Under the pieces are notes generated by a model. That model made no database searches. It saw nothing but the letters and a program-made list of their open reading frames with translations, and had not been told where the DNA came from. A program made the translations under genes and the position numbers. From Candidatus Collierbacteria bacterium GW2011_GWB2_45_17 (GTDB lineage Bacteria; Patescibacteriota; Microgenomatia; UBA1400; MFAQ01), in NCBI GenBank assembly GCA_001001485.1, contig LCKO01000002.1, positions 47,567 to 111,566 of the forward strand: a DNA stretch of 64,000 nucleotides, read 5' to 3'. This document shows positions 8,190 to 17,793 of the stretch, one piece after another. The stretch's first letter is position 1, and the number at the start of each line of letters is the position of its first letter.

Positions 8190-11100
8190 ATGGCTGCCCC
8201 CAAATACTCTGTTTTACAGATTCGTCCCGCCAAAGACTCTCTTACCGGTCAGGCCGCCTTTATTGAATTTCTATCTTCCCTCAGAACTGCCCTAAAAGCC
8301 GGTTTTGTGGATCGACTTCTGGGGACTTTCGACACTATCTGTCTGGAAATAGTTAACCTAAACCAAACCACCTACTACATTCTTTCCTGTCCTGAACGTT
8401 TGGAACATCTGGTCCGTGCCCAAATCGCGGCTCAGTACCCAACGGCTTTGATCACGCCCATGACCGATTATCTATCCGACTGGCTGAGTCACGGACAGAC
8501 TTCTTTGGGTCAACTGGTTCTTACCGGACCATCTCATCTTTCCTTGAACAACACTTTGGACGACAAGGTCGACCAGATGGCTTCGATTCTAGGCAGTCTC
8601 GCTCGAATTCCGGCTGGACAAGCCGGAATTATCCAAATCTGTCTTTTTGCCGGACCCAAGAACTGGCAAAAAGCTGTCCGTTCTAGCCTTGAAATTGTTA
8701 CTCCGGCTACGGCTACCGATCCGGCCAAAAGTAAACCCAGTCCCTATAAAGCCATTATCGAAAAGAAACTAGCCTACCCTGCCTACGCTTGTGATATCCG
8801 CTTGGCCGCTATCACTCCAAATTTACACACCTCCATCCAGCTTTTGACACAGCTTGCCGCCGCTTTTGGCACCTATGCTCTTTCGGAAGGGAACAGTCTT
8901 GCTTTAAAAATTCCCAAATCTGCCGGATCTCTCGAAAAACTTCGTCGCATGATGATCGATCGTTCAGCCAAATACTCAAACCAATATCAGTACTTAAACT
9001 ATGGCGAGATAACCGCCATGTTTCACTTACCCGGTGTTTTATTGGCTCCCATCAAGGGAATTGCTTGGGGTAAGACCCTCAAGGGCGAAGCCCCGACCAA
9101 CTTGCCGGTCAACGAGGGTATCACGGCGAGCGAACAAAAACTTTATAATTTTTTCGCCGTCACCGAATACAAAAATCACTTAGCCGTCTTTGGTATGAAG
9201 AAGGGGATTGATCGTTTGCGACATACCTACATTCTAGGAAAGTCAGGTACCGGTAAATCTACCTTAATTGGCCATATGGCTATTAATGACATCCAACATG
9301 GAGAAGGGGTGGCTTTTGTAGATCCACACGGCGATGCCGCCGAAATTCTCTTAGACTATATTCCTGAAAGTCGTATTAATGATGTTGCTTATCTCGACCC
9401 GTCAGTTCCAGGAAAATCATTCTGGATGAATCCGCTTTTTGTCAAAACTCCGGCCCATGGGGAGATGGTCGCCTCGAGCATTGTTTCTATTTTTAGCAAA
9501 CTTTATGGTAATTCCTGGGGACCCCGTCTGGAATACATTCTCAGAAATACTTTATTGACCTTAGTTTACAAACCGGAAACCACCCTCGCCGATGTTCCCC
9601 GCATTCTTACCAATAAAGATTTTCGGGAGAAAGAATGCCTCATTCACGTCACCGATCCTGTCCTCATTAATTTCTGGCGGGATGAATACGACAAATACTC
9701 GGAAAAATTCCAGACCGAAGCTATCGCTCCTATTCTAAACAAAGTTGGTCAGTTTATTACCTCTCCGACTATCCGAGACATTATTAATCATCCCAAGAGT
9801 ACTGTCGATTTTGAGGCAATGATGAACGCCGGGAAAATTATTATTCTCAACCTTCCTCAAGGTAAAATCGGCGAAGACAACGCCGCCTTGCTTGGTGCTA
9901 TGTTCATTTCTCAAATTCAAATCGCGGCCATGAACCGAGCCAACATCAAAGAAGAAGATCGTCGTGAGTTTTTTCTCTATGTTGATGAATTTCAAAACTT
10001 TGCCACCAGCTCCTTTGTCAAAATTCTGTCCGAGGCTCGTAAATACAAACTTGGCTTAATTCTCGCCAATCAATATATTGCCCAACTGCCGGAAGACATC
10101 CAAAACGCGATTTTTGGTAACGTTGGTACCGTCATGAGTTACGTTATCGGGGCCTCCGACGCCGACCGCATCGTGAAGGAATTAAACAATCTCTATACCG
10201 CCGACGACCTTGTTGGACTGGCTAAGTACCAATTGGCTATGAAAATGTCTGTCGATTCCCAAGTCACCCAACCTTTCTCTGCCAACGCACTACCTCTGCC
10301 GGATACCTACATGCACACCAAGGAAAGGGTCTTAGAGGCGACTTACGCCAAATATTATCGCGAAACCAAACCGATGGACATGTCTCAAATCACTGCCCTA
10401 ATGACACCCCCTGCCAAGCGCTTCACCGAGCCGGCCTACGCCCCCAAAGCACTGAGGGAACCTTCAGCGATTGTTTCTCTTGAGGGCCAGGCCTTAGAGA
10501 ATCCTCAATCTGCAAGGCCTGGCCCTGCAGGTAAATCATCATTTCCGTCAAAGGCACCTTACGTGCCTCAGCTTCCCCCAATCATCCCCCGCACCCAACC
10601 CAACCCCTTCAAAATTCCTCCCTCCGGTAAATCTGTCATTCCGAGCAGAGTCGAGAGCGAAGCGCGGCAATCTATTCCCCAGGGCCAGGCCTTAGAGAAT
10701 CCTCAATCTGCAAGGCCTGGCCCTGCAGGTCTCTCTGACCCCTCCCTCGCCGACCTCGATGCTCTTCGCAAAGAAGGTCTCCGCCCCAGTATTGTCGGCT
10801 GTTTTCTAAACGATAAAAAAATTCTTCTGGCCTATCAAAAGTCTTTCAATCAATGGCTTTTGCCTCAGGGGGGAGTGGAAAACAAACAGAATATTAAAGA
10901 TGCCTTTTTTAAGGAACTTGCCGAAGAAGTCACCGACGACTTTCTCAAAACCTGCGACACCGACATTCAATTGGTCGCAGTTGATAAAATCGAATTTCCT
11001 CCCAGCAAGCAAGGTCTTCGCGACATGTCCACCGATTCGGGTGAACCCGTGGTGATGAAAGGCAAGTACTATTATTTTTTTGTGGCCAACTCCAAAAAAA

Positions 11101-11435
11101 CTGAAATTACTCTTGGTGCCACCGAATTTGATGACCTAAAGTGGCTAAACTTCGACGAAGCGTATAAACTAATAAAAGAGACCAATACCGGAGGAAGATT
11201 GAGGATGATCGCCAACCTCCTCCACGTTCTTAAGGACAAAAATCTCTTATCTACCAATCAACCAGAAATTCATGGACCCAAACCCACAACCCAACCTGAA
11301 AGATCAAGAGGAAGTCAGCTACACCCCTCCTCAGTCGTGGGGAACCAATCAGACGACCACGCCCCCTCCATCCTCCTCGACGACCCTCTTGCCAACCTCC
11401 TTGGCAACCCTCGAACCAGCAAACCCGCAAATTAA
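8190..11435 (+). CDS. Multidomain protein: unknown N-domain + TraD/TraG/VirD4-like coupling ATPase (AAA_10 + TraG-D_C-like) + repeat-built linker + C-terminal Nudix hydrolase-like domain
   Basis: Walker A GKSGTGKST, VDPHGD, Walker B/TraG-D_C-like FFLYVDEFQNF..LGLILANQYIAQL; Nudix box-like GGVENKQNIKDAFFKELAEEV; three repeats in-frame in linker. Confidence 0.6.
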   Translation: MAAPKYSVLQIRPAKDSLTGQAAFIEFLSSLRTALKAGFVDRLLGTFDTICLEIVNLNQTTYYILSCPERLEHLVRAQIAAQYPTALITPMTDYLSDWLSHGQTSLGQLVLTGPSHLSLNNTLDDKVDQMASILGSLARIPAGQAGIIQICLFAGPKNWQKAVRSSLEIVTPATATDPAKSKPSPYKAIIEKKLAYPAYACDIRLAAITPNLHTSIQLLTQLAAAFGTYALSEGNSLALKIPKSAGSLEKLRRMMIDRSAKYSNQYQYLNYGEITAMFHLPGVLLAPIKGIAWGKTLKGEAPTNLPVNEGITASEQKLYNFFAVTEYKNHLAVFGMKKGIDRLRHTYILGKSGTGKSTLIGHMAINDIQHGEGVAFVDPHGDAAEILLDYIPESRINDVAYLDPSVPGKSFWMNPLFVKTPAHGEMVASSIVSIFSKLYGNSWGPRLEYILRNTLLTLVYKPETTLADVPRILTNKDFREKECLIHVTDPVLINFWRDEYDKYSEKFQTEAIAPILNKVGQFITSPTIRDIINHPKSTVDFEAMMNAGKIIILNLPQGKIGEDNAALLGAMFISQIQIAAMNRANIKEEDRREFFLYVDEFQNFATSSFVKILSEARKYKLGLILANQYIAQLPEDIQNAIFGNVGTVMSYVIGASDADRIVKELNNLYTADDLVGLAKYQLAMKMSVDSQVTQPFSANALPLPDTYMHTKERVLEATYAKYYRETKPMDMSQITALMTPPAKRFTEPAYAPKALREPSAIVSLEGQALENPQSARPGPAGKSSFPSKAPYVPQLPPIIPRTQPNPFKIPPSGKSVIPSRVESEARQSIPQGQALENPQSARPGPAGLSDPSLADLDALRKEGLRPSIVGCFLNDKKILLAYQKSFNQWLLPQGGVENKQNIKDAFFKELAEEVTDDFLKTCDTDIQLVAVDKIEFPPSKQGLRDMSTDSGEPVVMKGKYYYFFVANSKKTEITLGATEFDDLKWLNFDEAYKLIKETNTGGRLRMIANLLHVLKDKNLLSTNQPEIHGPKPTTQPERSRGSQLHPSSVVGNQSDDHAPSILLDDPLANLLGNPRTSKPAN
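10484..10531 (+). repeat. Family C palindromic repeat copy C1 (GGGCCAGGCCTT-agagaatcctcaatctgc-AAGGCCTGGCCC-tgcagg), in-frame (GQALENPQSARPGPAG)
   Basis: 11-bp perfect inverted repeat arms read directly; identical copy at 10682. Confidence 0.9.
10635..10678 (+). repeat. Family A GTCAT mini-element copy A10 (gtcattccgagcagagtcgagagcgaagcgcggcaatc), in-frame (VIPSRVESEARQSIP)
   Basis: Shares GTCATTCC..GGCAATC termini with copies at 25134 and 51705. Confidence 0.8.
10682..10729 (+). repeat. Family C palindromic repeat copy C2, identical to C1, in-frame
   Basis: Exact 48-nt duplicate of 10484-10531. Confidence 0.9.
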
Positions 11436-12324
11436 ACCAGCCACATCTTTCGGAAGACCCTTGTTGGTCTCGTTAGCTCTAATTCTTTTTGGTATCTTAT
11501 TGGGTGTCCTGGCCGCCCGTTTTCTACCCACACCTAAAACCACAACTACATCTACTCTTCCTGAATCAACTCCCACATCCGAACCAACTGCCACTTGGAA
11601 AACATACACCAATCAAAAGTTGGGGCTCGAATTCATGTATCCGAATAGCTGGCTCGATCCCAAAGAATCGTCATCGTCTGCTATCACAACCTTAAATTTT
11701 GACGATAAATTAATAATCCTAAAAGGAACTTTCAGTGATATATCATCTCTTAGACCCTTCACTTTTGATGAATATGTAATTCGAAGCTACGGCGATGAAA
11801 CGCCCAGATACGACTACAATGAAATCGTCGGTTTCGTTGGAAAAAGAGGACTAGAAAAATCGGTTACGGGTTACAGTGATCTTGTTATTCTTGCCAAGGA
11901 CAACAACTCCACAGAAATTACCTCCATACTTTACCGGTTCAACCTCCAAGACGAAGACGGCAAATTATTCGACCAGATCCTTTCAACCTTAAAATTTACA
12001 GTTGAAGGATCGTCACAAGAAATACTTGGAATACAATTAACACGGTGTTGTTCTTGCCCGACAATAATTGATTCTTCACAAATCGGGGAAAATGGATGGA
12101 TTCTTTATGAACAGGGAAAAGATTATTCCGCTCTGCGGCCAAAAATATGTTCATCTCCAAATATCGGAGTGTGTGCTCCCTGTCCACCGCTCGAGACAAA
12201 ATCATTAGACTGTCAATATAATGGCAAAACCTATAAAAATGGAGAAACGGTTTCCGTCGATAAGTGCAATTCCTGCTCCTGCGACAATGGACAAGTTGCC
12301 TGCACTCTCATGGCCTGTGAATAG
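11272..12324 (+). CDS. Secreted/membrane-anchored protein with Pro/Thr-rich linker and C-terminal VWC-like (von Willebrand type C / chordin-like) cysteine-rich domain
   Basis: TM segment LLVSLALILFGILLGVLAA; C-terminus CQYNGKTYKNGETVSVDKCNSCSCDNGQVACTLMAC fits VWC spacing Cx2CxCx6Cx4C; 5' 164 nt overlap previous ORF so true start may be downstream non-ATG. Confidence 0.5.
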   Translation: MDPNPQPNLKDQEEVSYTPPQSWGTNQTTTPPPSSSTTLLPTSLATLEPANPQIKPATSFGRPLLVSLALILFGILLGVLAARFLPTPKTTTTSTLPESTPTSEPTATWKTYTNQKLGLEFMYPNSWLDPKESSSSAITTLNFDDKLIILKGTFSDISSLRPFTFDEYVIRSYGDETPRYDYNEIVGFVGKRGLEKSVTGYSDLVILAKDNNSTEITSILYRFNLQDEDGKLFDQILSTLKFTVEGSSQEILGIQLTRCCSCPTIIDSSQIGENGWILYEQGKDYSALRPKICSSPNIGVCAPCPPLETKSLDCQYNGKTYKNGETVSVDKCNSCSCDNGQVACTLMACE

Positions 12325-12339
12325 CCAGCAAAAAACTAC

Positions 12340-12368
12340 TTGACAGAACTTCCCATCTTCGCTATAAA
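12340..12368 (+). promoter_or_regulatory. Sigma70-like promoter upstream of groES (TTGACA-17 nt-TATAAA)
   Basis: ttgaca 12340-12345, 17-nt spacer, tataaa 12363-12368, about 75 nt upstream of groES ATG; no CIRCE seen. Confidence 0.4.
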
Positions 12369-12441
12369 ATAGCAATCGAGATGGTAGACTGCTACCTTTC
12401 TGCTATACTCAAACAGCTAGATTATCAATTTATATCTAACT

Positions 12442-12750
12442 ATGGTCAACACCTTAACCGTCAAAAAATTACAACCCGCCCCCGGCTTTCTTCTAGTCGA
12501 ACCGGCCAAACAAGAAAAGAAAACCGCTTCCGGTCTTTATCTTCCCGATAGTCATTCCGAAAAACCTCAGTACGGTACTGCTCTCGCCGTTGGTGGCAAA
12601 TTAATTAACGATCGTGGTGTCGAAATCGGCTCTCCCGCCAAAGTAGGGGACACCGTTCTCTATAAAAAATGGGGTGGCAACGAAGTCATGATCGGTGACA
12701 TCGAATACCAGTTCCTCAAGTTCGACGACATCCTCGCCGTAGTCAAGTAA
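12442..12750 (+). CDS. groES: Co-chaperonin GroES
   Basis: 102 aa; LQPAPGFLLVEP, mobile loop, directly precedes groEL. Confidence 0.95.
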   Translation: MVNTLTVKKLQPAPGFLLVEPAKQEKKTASGLYLPDSHSEKPQYGTALAVGGKLINDRGVEIGSPAKVGDTVLYKKWGGNEVMIGDIEYQFLKFDDILAVVK

Positions 12751-12764
12751 CCAATAACTAATAA

Positions 12765-14399
<1,635 letters not shown>

Positions 14400-14406
14400 C
14401 GTACTC

Positions 14407-14451
14407 GTCATCCTGAGCGAGCCTTCGCGAGCCGAAGGATCACACTCCACC
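14407..14451 (+). repeat. Family A mini-element copy A1 (gtcatcctgagcga..ccgaaggatcacactccacc), 7 nt after groEL stop
   Basis: GTCATCCTGAGCGA start and CACTCCACC end shared with copies at 52375 and 26854/27349/62870. Confidence 0.8.
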
Positions 14452-14464
14452 AAAACATCGTACA

Positions 14465-14496
14465 AAAAAGACCCCGCAGACGCAGGGTCTTTTTTG
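14465..14496 (+). terminator. Rho-independent terminator after groEL (hairpin gaccccgcagacgcagggtc + T6)
   Basis: Interrupted-palindrome stem gaccc-tgcg/cgca-gggtc (4-nt centre cgca-gacg non-complementary) flanked by A6 and T6, so potentially bidirectional. Confidence 0.65.
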
Positions 14497-14542
14497 TCCC
14501 GTGTTATACTATCACTCAGCTCGCACCTTAAAGGAGGAACCC

Positions 14543-14824
14543 ATGAAAAATCGTTTTTACGGAGCTTTGTATGTACTTCTTGGTCGTGACAAAGAAACAC
14601 TGGAGGATCGTGCCTTCCGCCACGAACGCGAACGAGGACTGCTTTCCTTAGCTCTCTATGCCTTCGCAGGTATTTGTGTTGCCCTCGCTCTCTCGATAAT
14701 CGTTACCGGGACAATTGTCTGGCTACCGCAAATTCTGCTTTATAGCATCATCGCCGAGATCCTCATTCTCTTTTTGTACAATGCCTTTTTCAAGTGGCAC
14801 CAAAATAAATACGGCGGAGACTAA
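14543..14824 (+). CDS. Small membrane protein (about 94 aa)
   Basis: aaaggagg RBS 7 nt upstream of ATG 14543; two hydrophobic segments; longer 14501 start lacks RBS. Confidence 0.35.
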   Translation: MKNRFYGALYVLLGRDKETLEDRAFRHERERGLLSLALYAFAGICVALALSIIVTGTIVWLPQILLYSIIAEILILFLYNAFFKWHQNKYGGD

Positions 14825-14846
14825 ACAAATGGCAATGGTAACAAAT

Positions 14847-14872
14847 AAGCCCCCTCTGGTAGGGGGCTTTTA
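14847..14872 (+). terminator. Hairpin terminator between convergent genes (aagccccct-ctggt-agggggctt + TTTT)
   Basis: Perfect 9-bp stem read directly followed by ttttatt. Confidence 0.5.
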
Positions 14873-14968
14873 TTACTCCAAACTATTATCCCCAAAAAAA
14901 TCTAGTTATACACACGAGACGAAGGATTGATAAATCAATCTAAAATACATACAAATCTGTTGAAATCT

Positions 14969-15607
14969 TTATTTAGCCTTGGCTATTCGACCGTTGGACA
15001 AATCCAAATAAGGTCTAGGGTTTACCGTGCGATTCTTTTTTATTACTTCCAAGTGAAGATGTGGCCCGGTTGTCTTTCCGGTAATGCCCACTTCTCCCAC
15101 CGGCATGGCGGGAGTAACCCTTTCTCCTTCTTCGACAAAAATCTTTCCCATGTGGGCATAGCGGGTTTGCAAGCCGTTTCCGTGATCAAGTACCACGCTA
15201 CGACCGTATCCGGTTTTGGTAACACTCATCAAAACGACCACTCCCTCTTTTAGAGGATATATTTTTGATCCTAGCGAGGCAGTGATATCAGTCCCTGAGT
15301 GGCCAAGGTGAAACTCTTGAGATACACCGGTATTATCCGGTAAGACACTTATCAGGCTCCTCTTTGTTTCTATTACCACTTCTTGGTCAAAAGGTTGGAG
15401 GTTGGCTAACGCCACAGTAGACTGATCTCCAGGTAACATAAACATTCCCGAAGCTAAGGTGGTCATAGAAATGAATCCACCAAAGACGGCTTTAATATTT
15501 TTCTTTTCGAACACCGGTCTGAAGAGCTTGGAGAGGGGATGCGATGTTCTGGTTTTAGGTAGTATTCGTCTCATAGTTGCGGGCGAAAGCCCGCGTAATG
15601 GGTACAA
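14969..15607 (-). CDS. Peptidase M23 family (murein endopeptidase-like)
   Basis: HxxxD and HxH context: GHSGTDI..YGRSVVLDHGNGLQTRYAHM..GITGKTTGPHLHLEV. Confidence 0.8.
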   Translation of the reverse strand: MYPLRGLSPATMRRILPKTRTSHPLSKLFRPVFEKKNIKAVFGGFISMTTLASGMFMLPGDQSTVALANLQPFDQEVVIETKRSLISVLPDNTGVSQEFHLGHSGTDITASLGSKIYPLKEGVVVLMSVTKTGYGRSVVLDHGNGLQTRYAHMGKIFVEEGERVTPAMPVGEVGITGKTTGPHLHLEVIKKNRTVNPRPYLDLSNGRIAKAK

Positions 15608-15685
15608 AAAATGCTTGAATCTCTCAAGCGAACGGTATCATACCATATCAACCCCTCCAAAGTCAAGCCGTGATACACTAAAATT

Positions 15686-16657
15686 ATGCTTACAGCCACC
15701 GATATTCAGGGCAAAAACGTCCTTCTCCGGGCCGATCTGGACGTGCCTGTCAAAGACAGTAGGGTGGAGAACCGTTTCCGCCTCCAAGCCCTTCTTCCCA
15801 CCCTAAAACTCTGTCTCGAAAATGCCCGCCGTACTTGCCTGATAGGGCATCTCGGTCGACCGGAGAGTAACAATCCTGCTTTTAGCCTCGCTCCGGTACT
15901 AGAAGAGCTAAAAAGACTGCTAAATCAAGACATATTCTTTGTTACTTCGGGTTTTTCTCCAGGGGAGTGCTGGACAGGAGAATCTCCTCTCGCCTTGATA
16001 GAAAACTTACGTTTTGATCCTCGTGAAGAAAGACTAGACAGGGGATTCGCCGAAGTTTTGTCCCAAGATGCCGAGATTTATGTTTACGAGGCTTTTGCCA
16101 ACTACCGTCCTTCCACCAGTCTCCAAACTATTCCCGAACTCCTACCCACCCGTACTGGTATTCAGTTTGACAAGGAAATAGCCACCCTCAACCAAGTTCT
16201 CCAAAACCCTGCCCACCCCACTCTTCTTATAGCCTCAGGAGCCAAGATGGACAAGCTTGAAATCCTTAAAGGCGTTATGCCCAAGTTCGACCGCACTCTA
16301 CTGGGTGGTAAATTTGCTTCTCCCGACCATCTTACTTCCGATGGGCTGGATCTTAATCAAGAGACTACTTCCCTATTCCTCCAGGTTATTTCCCAGGCAC
16401 AAACCATCGTCCTTAATGGTCCACTCGGCTATTACGAGGACGGCATCCATGCCACAGCCACTAAGGCTATTTTTCAGGCACTCAAGGACAGCTCGGCTCT
16501 GACCATCCTGGGCGGAGGCGACACTATCGCCGCCATTCCTACTCTAGGCTTCAAATACTCGGACTTTGGCTTCGTCAGCACCGGCGGCGGCGCCATGCTC
16601 GACTTTCTGGCCATAGGCACCCACCCCCTCCTAGAAATTCTCGCTCGCAAAGCCTAG
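15686..16657 (+). CDS. pgk: Phosphoglycerate kinase (compact, 323 aa)
   Basis: VLLRADLDVP, GHLGRPE, LIENLRFDPREE, GGGDTIAA, STGGGAMLDFLA. Confidence 0.85.
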   Translation: MLTATDIQGKNVLLRADLDVPVKDSRVENRFRLQALLPTLKLCLENARRTCLIGHLGRPESNNPAFSLAPVLEELKRLLNQDIFFVTSGFSPGECWTGESPLALIENLRFDPREERLDRGFAEVLSQDAEIYVYEAFANYRPSTSLQTIPELLPTRTGIQFDKEIATLNQVLQNPAHPTLLIASGAKMDKLEILKGVMPKFDRTLLGGKFASPDHLTSDGLDLNQETTSLFLQVISQAQTIVLNGPLGYYEDGIHATATKAIFQALKDSSALTILGGGDTIAAIPTLGFKYSDFGFVSTGGGAMLDFLAIGTHPLLEILARKA

Positions 16658-16731
16658 TCACTCCTTTTGTGCTATCATTTCCCAAACTGATCCTTAAAAC
16701 CCCGGTAGTTTATTTAACAAAGAGGTGAAAA

Positions 16732-16914
16732 ATGTTATTCTCTGTAGCCTTGATACTGATTGCTTTCATCGCTTGTCTCCGGATATTGATATTCCCCATT
16801 TTCTTACCGTGGATTATCGGTATCATCGCAGCAGTCCCCGTGGCAAATTCCGCCTCAATTACGATTTTTTTAACAGTCATAGTCGCCACTGTACTATTCT
16901 TCCGTCGACCCTAA
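16732..16914 (+). CDS. Small hydrophobic protein (60 aa)
   Basis: Two predicted TM segments; weak hairpin downstream; low support. Confidence 0.25.
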   Translation: MLFSVALILIAFIACLRILIFPIFLPWIIGIIAAVPVANSASITIFLTVIVATVLFFRRP

Positions 16915-17220
16915 TCGTTGCCAGCCTCACCCTTCCGGTAGGGCTTTTTCCTAGTCGGCACCAGCAATTTCTAGATAGTGTCTGCCGGATTCTTTTCTTT
17001 GACTCTAAATATCATTACTGAATCTGTGAAGGGTCGTAATTTGCTTGGTTTTTTTCTATCTCCAATTCTGGCAACTCCTGGAACAAAATCAATTTTTCCC
17101 CATTGCCACTCAACGGATTCTATAAATTCTAGACCCAAGCTTTCTCCAATTTTTTTCCATTCAGATAATGTATGGTTGCTGTGAGGATTTGTATCGTCAC
17201 TTTGTGAGTTCCATGTGTTA

Positions 17221-17733
17221 TCAAAGCTGTGTAATTTTTCCTTTTTTTTGATCTGTCCAGCTGTCACCGAGCAAATTTTCCAATAAAACTATGTATCCAT
17301 TTTGCTTGGTAGTTCTTATCCCTTCTAGCAATAATTCTTCTGGCATTTTAGTATGGTGAAGCATGTCTATAAACAAAGTCGTGTCAAAAGTAGATGCCTC
17401 AAAAGGTAATTTCTCTCCTTCTGCAAGCGAATAACCATTCTTTAAACTATCTTCCATTAGAACGTCGCCCAAATCAATAGAAAAAATATTTTTCTGATTC
17501 AAGTGGAGCTTTTCAGAAAAAGTTTTTGTTGTTTGTCCCAACCCTACTCCCACATCTAGTATTTTTTGATCAGGTCGAATGTATTTATTAAGAACTTCTC
17601 TGGTGTTTCTCCACATATCTTCTGCTCGCAATTCACCAAATATCTTTATAATTTTGTGAACAGGTTGTAATTTATTCAACTTATCTGTAACTCTACTGAT
17701 TTCATATCCTTGTTGTTCTGTCACTTCAGTCAT
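17221..17733 (-). CDS. Class I SAM-dependent methyltransferase (probably frameshifted; downstream ORF 16971..17267 likely its C-terminal continuation)
   Basis: Motif I ILDVGVGLGQTT; ORF ends in A8/T8 homopolymer (17241-17250) where a second frame continues. Confidence 0.65.
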   Translation of the reverse strand: MTEVTEQQGYEISRVTDKLNKLQPVHKIIKIFGELRAEDMWRNTREVLNKYIRPDQKILDVGVGLGQTTKTFSEKLHLNQKNIFSIDLGDVLMEDSLKNGYSLAEGEKLPFEASTFDTTLFIDMLHHTKMPEELLLEGIRTTKQNGYIVLLENLLGDSWTDQKKGKITQL

Positions 17734-17793
17734 ATTTGAGATGATTTTACACCTTCTGTGCTAAAGTTTAAGTAGTTACATATTTCTGCCCAC

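Noticed and set aside
12325-12441. CIRCE (HrcA operator, TTAGCACTC-N9-GAGTGCTAA) upstream of groES
   Set aside because: No match to the inverted repeat. Only a sigma70-like -35/-10 pair and a short ggtag/ctacc hairpin are present.
15571-15590. Hairpin gcgggc-gaaa-gcccgc near the M23 peptidase start as a terminator
   Set aside because: It lies inside the N-terminal coding region of the peptidase ORF and lacks a U-run, so it is probably just coding sequence.
16971-17267. 98-aa ORF as an independent gene
   Set aside because: It overlaps the methyltransferase 3' end at a homopolymer. It is more parsimoniously the frameshifted C-terminal part of that gene.
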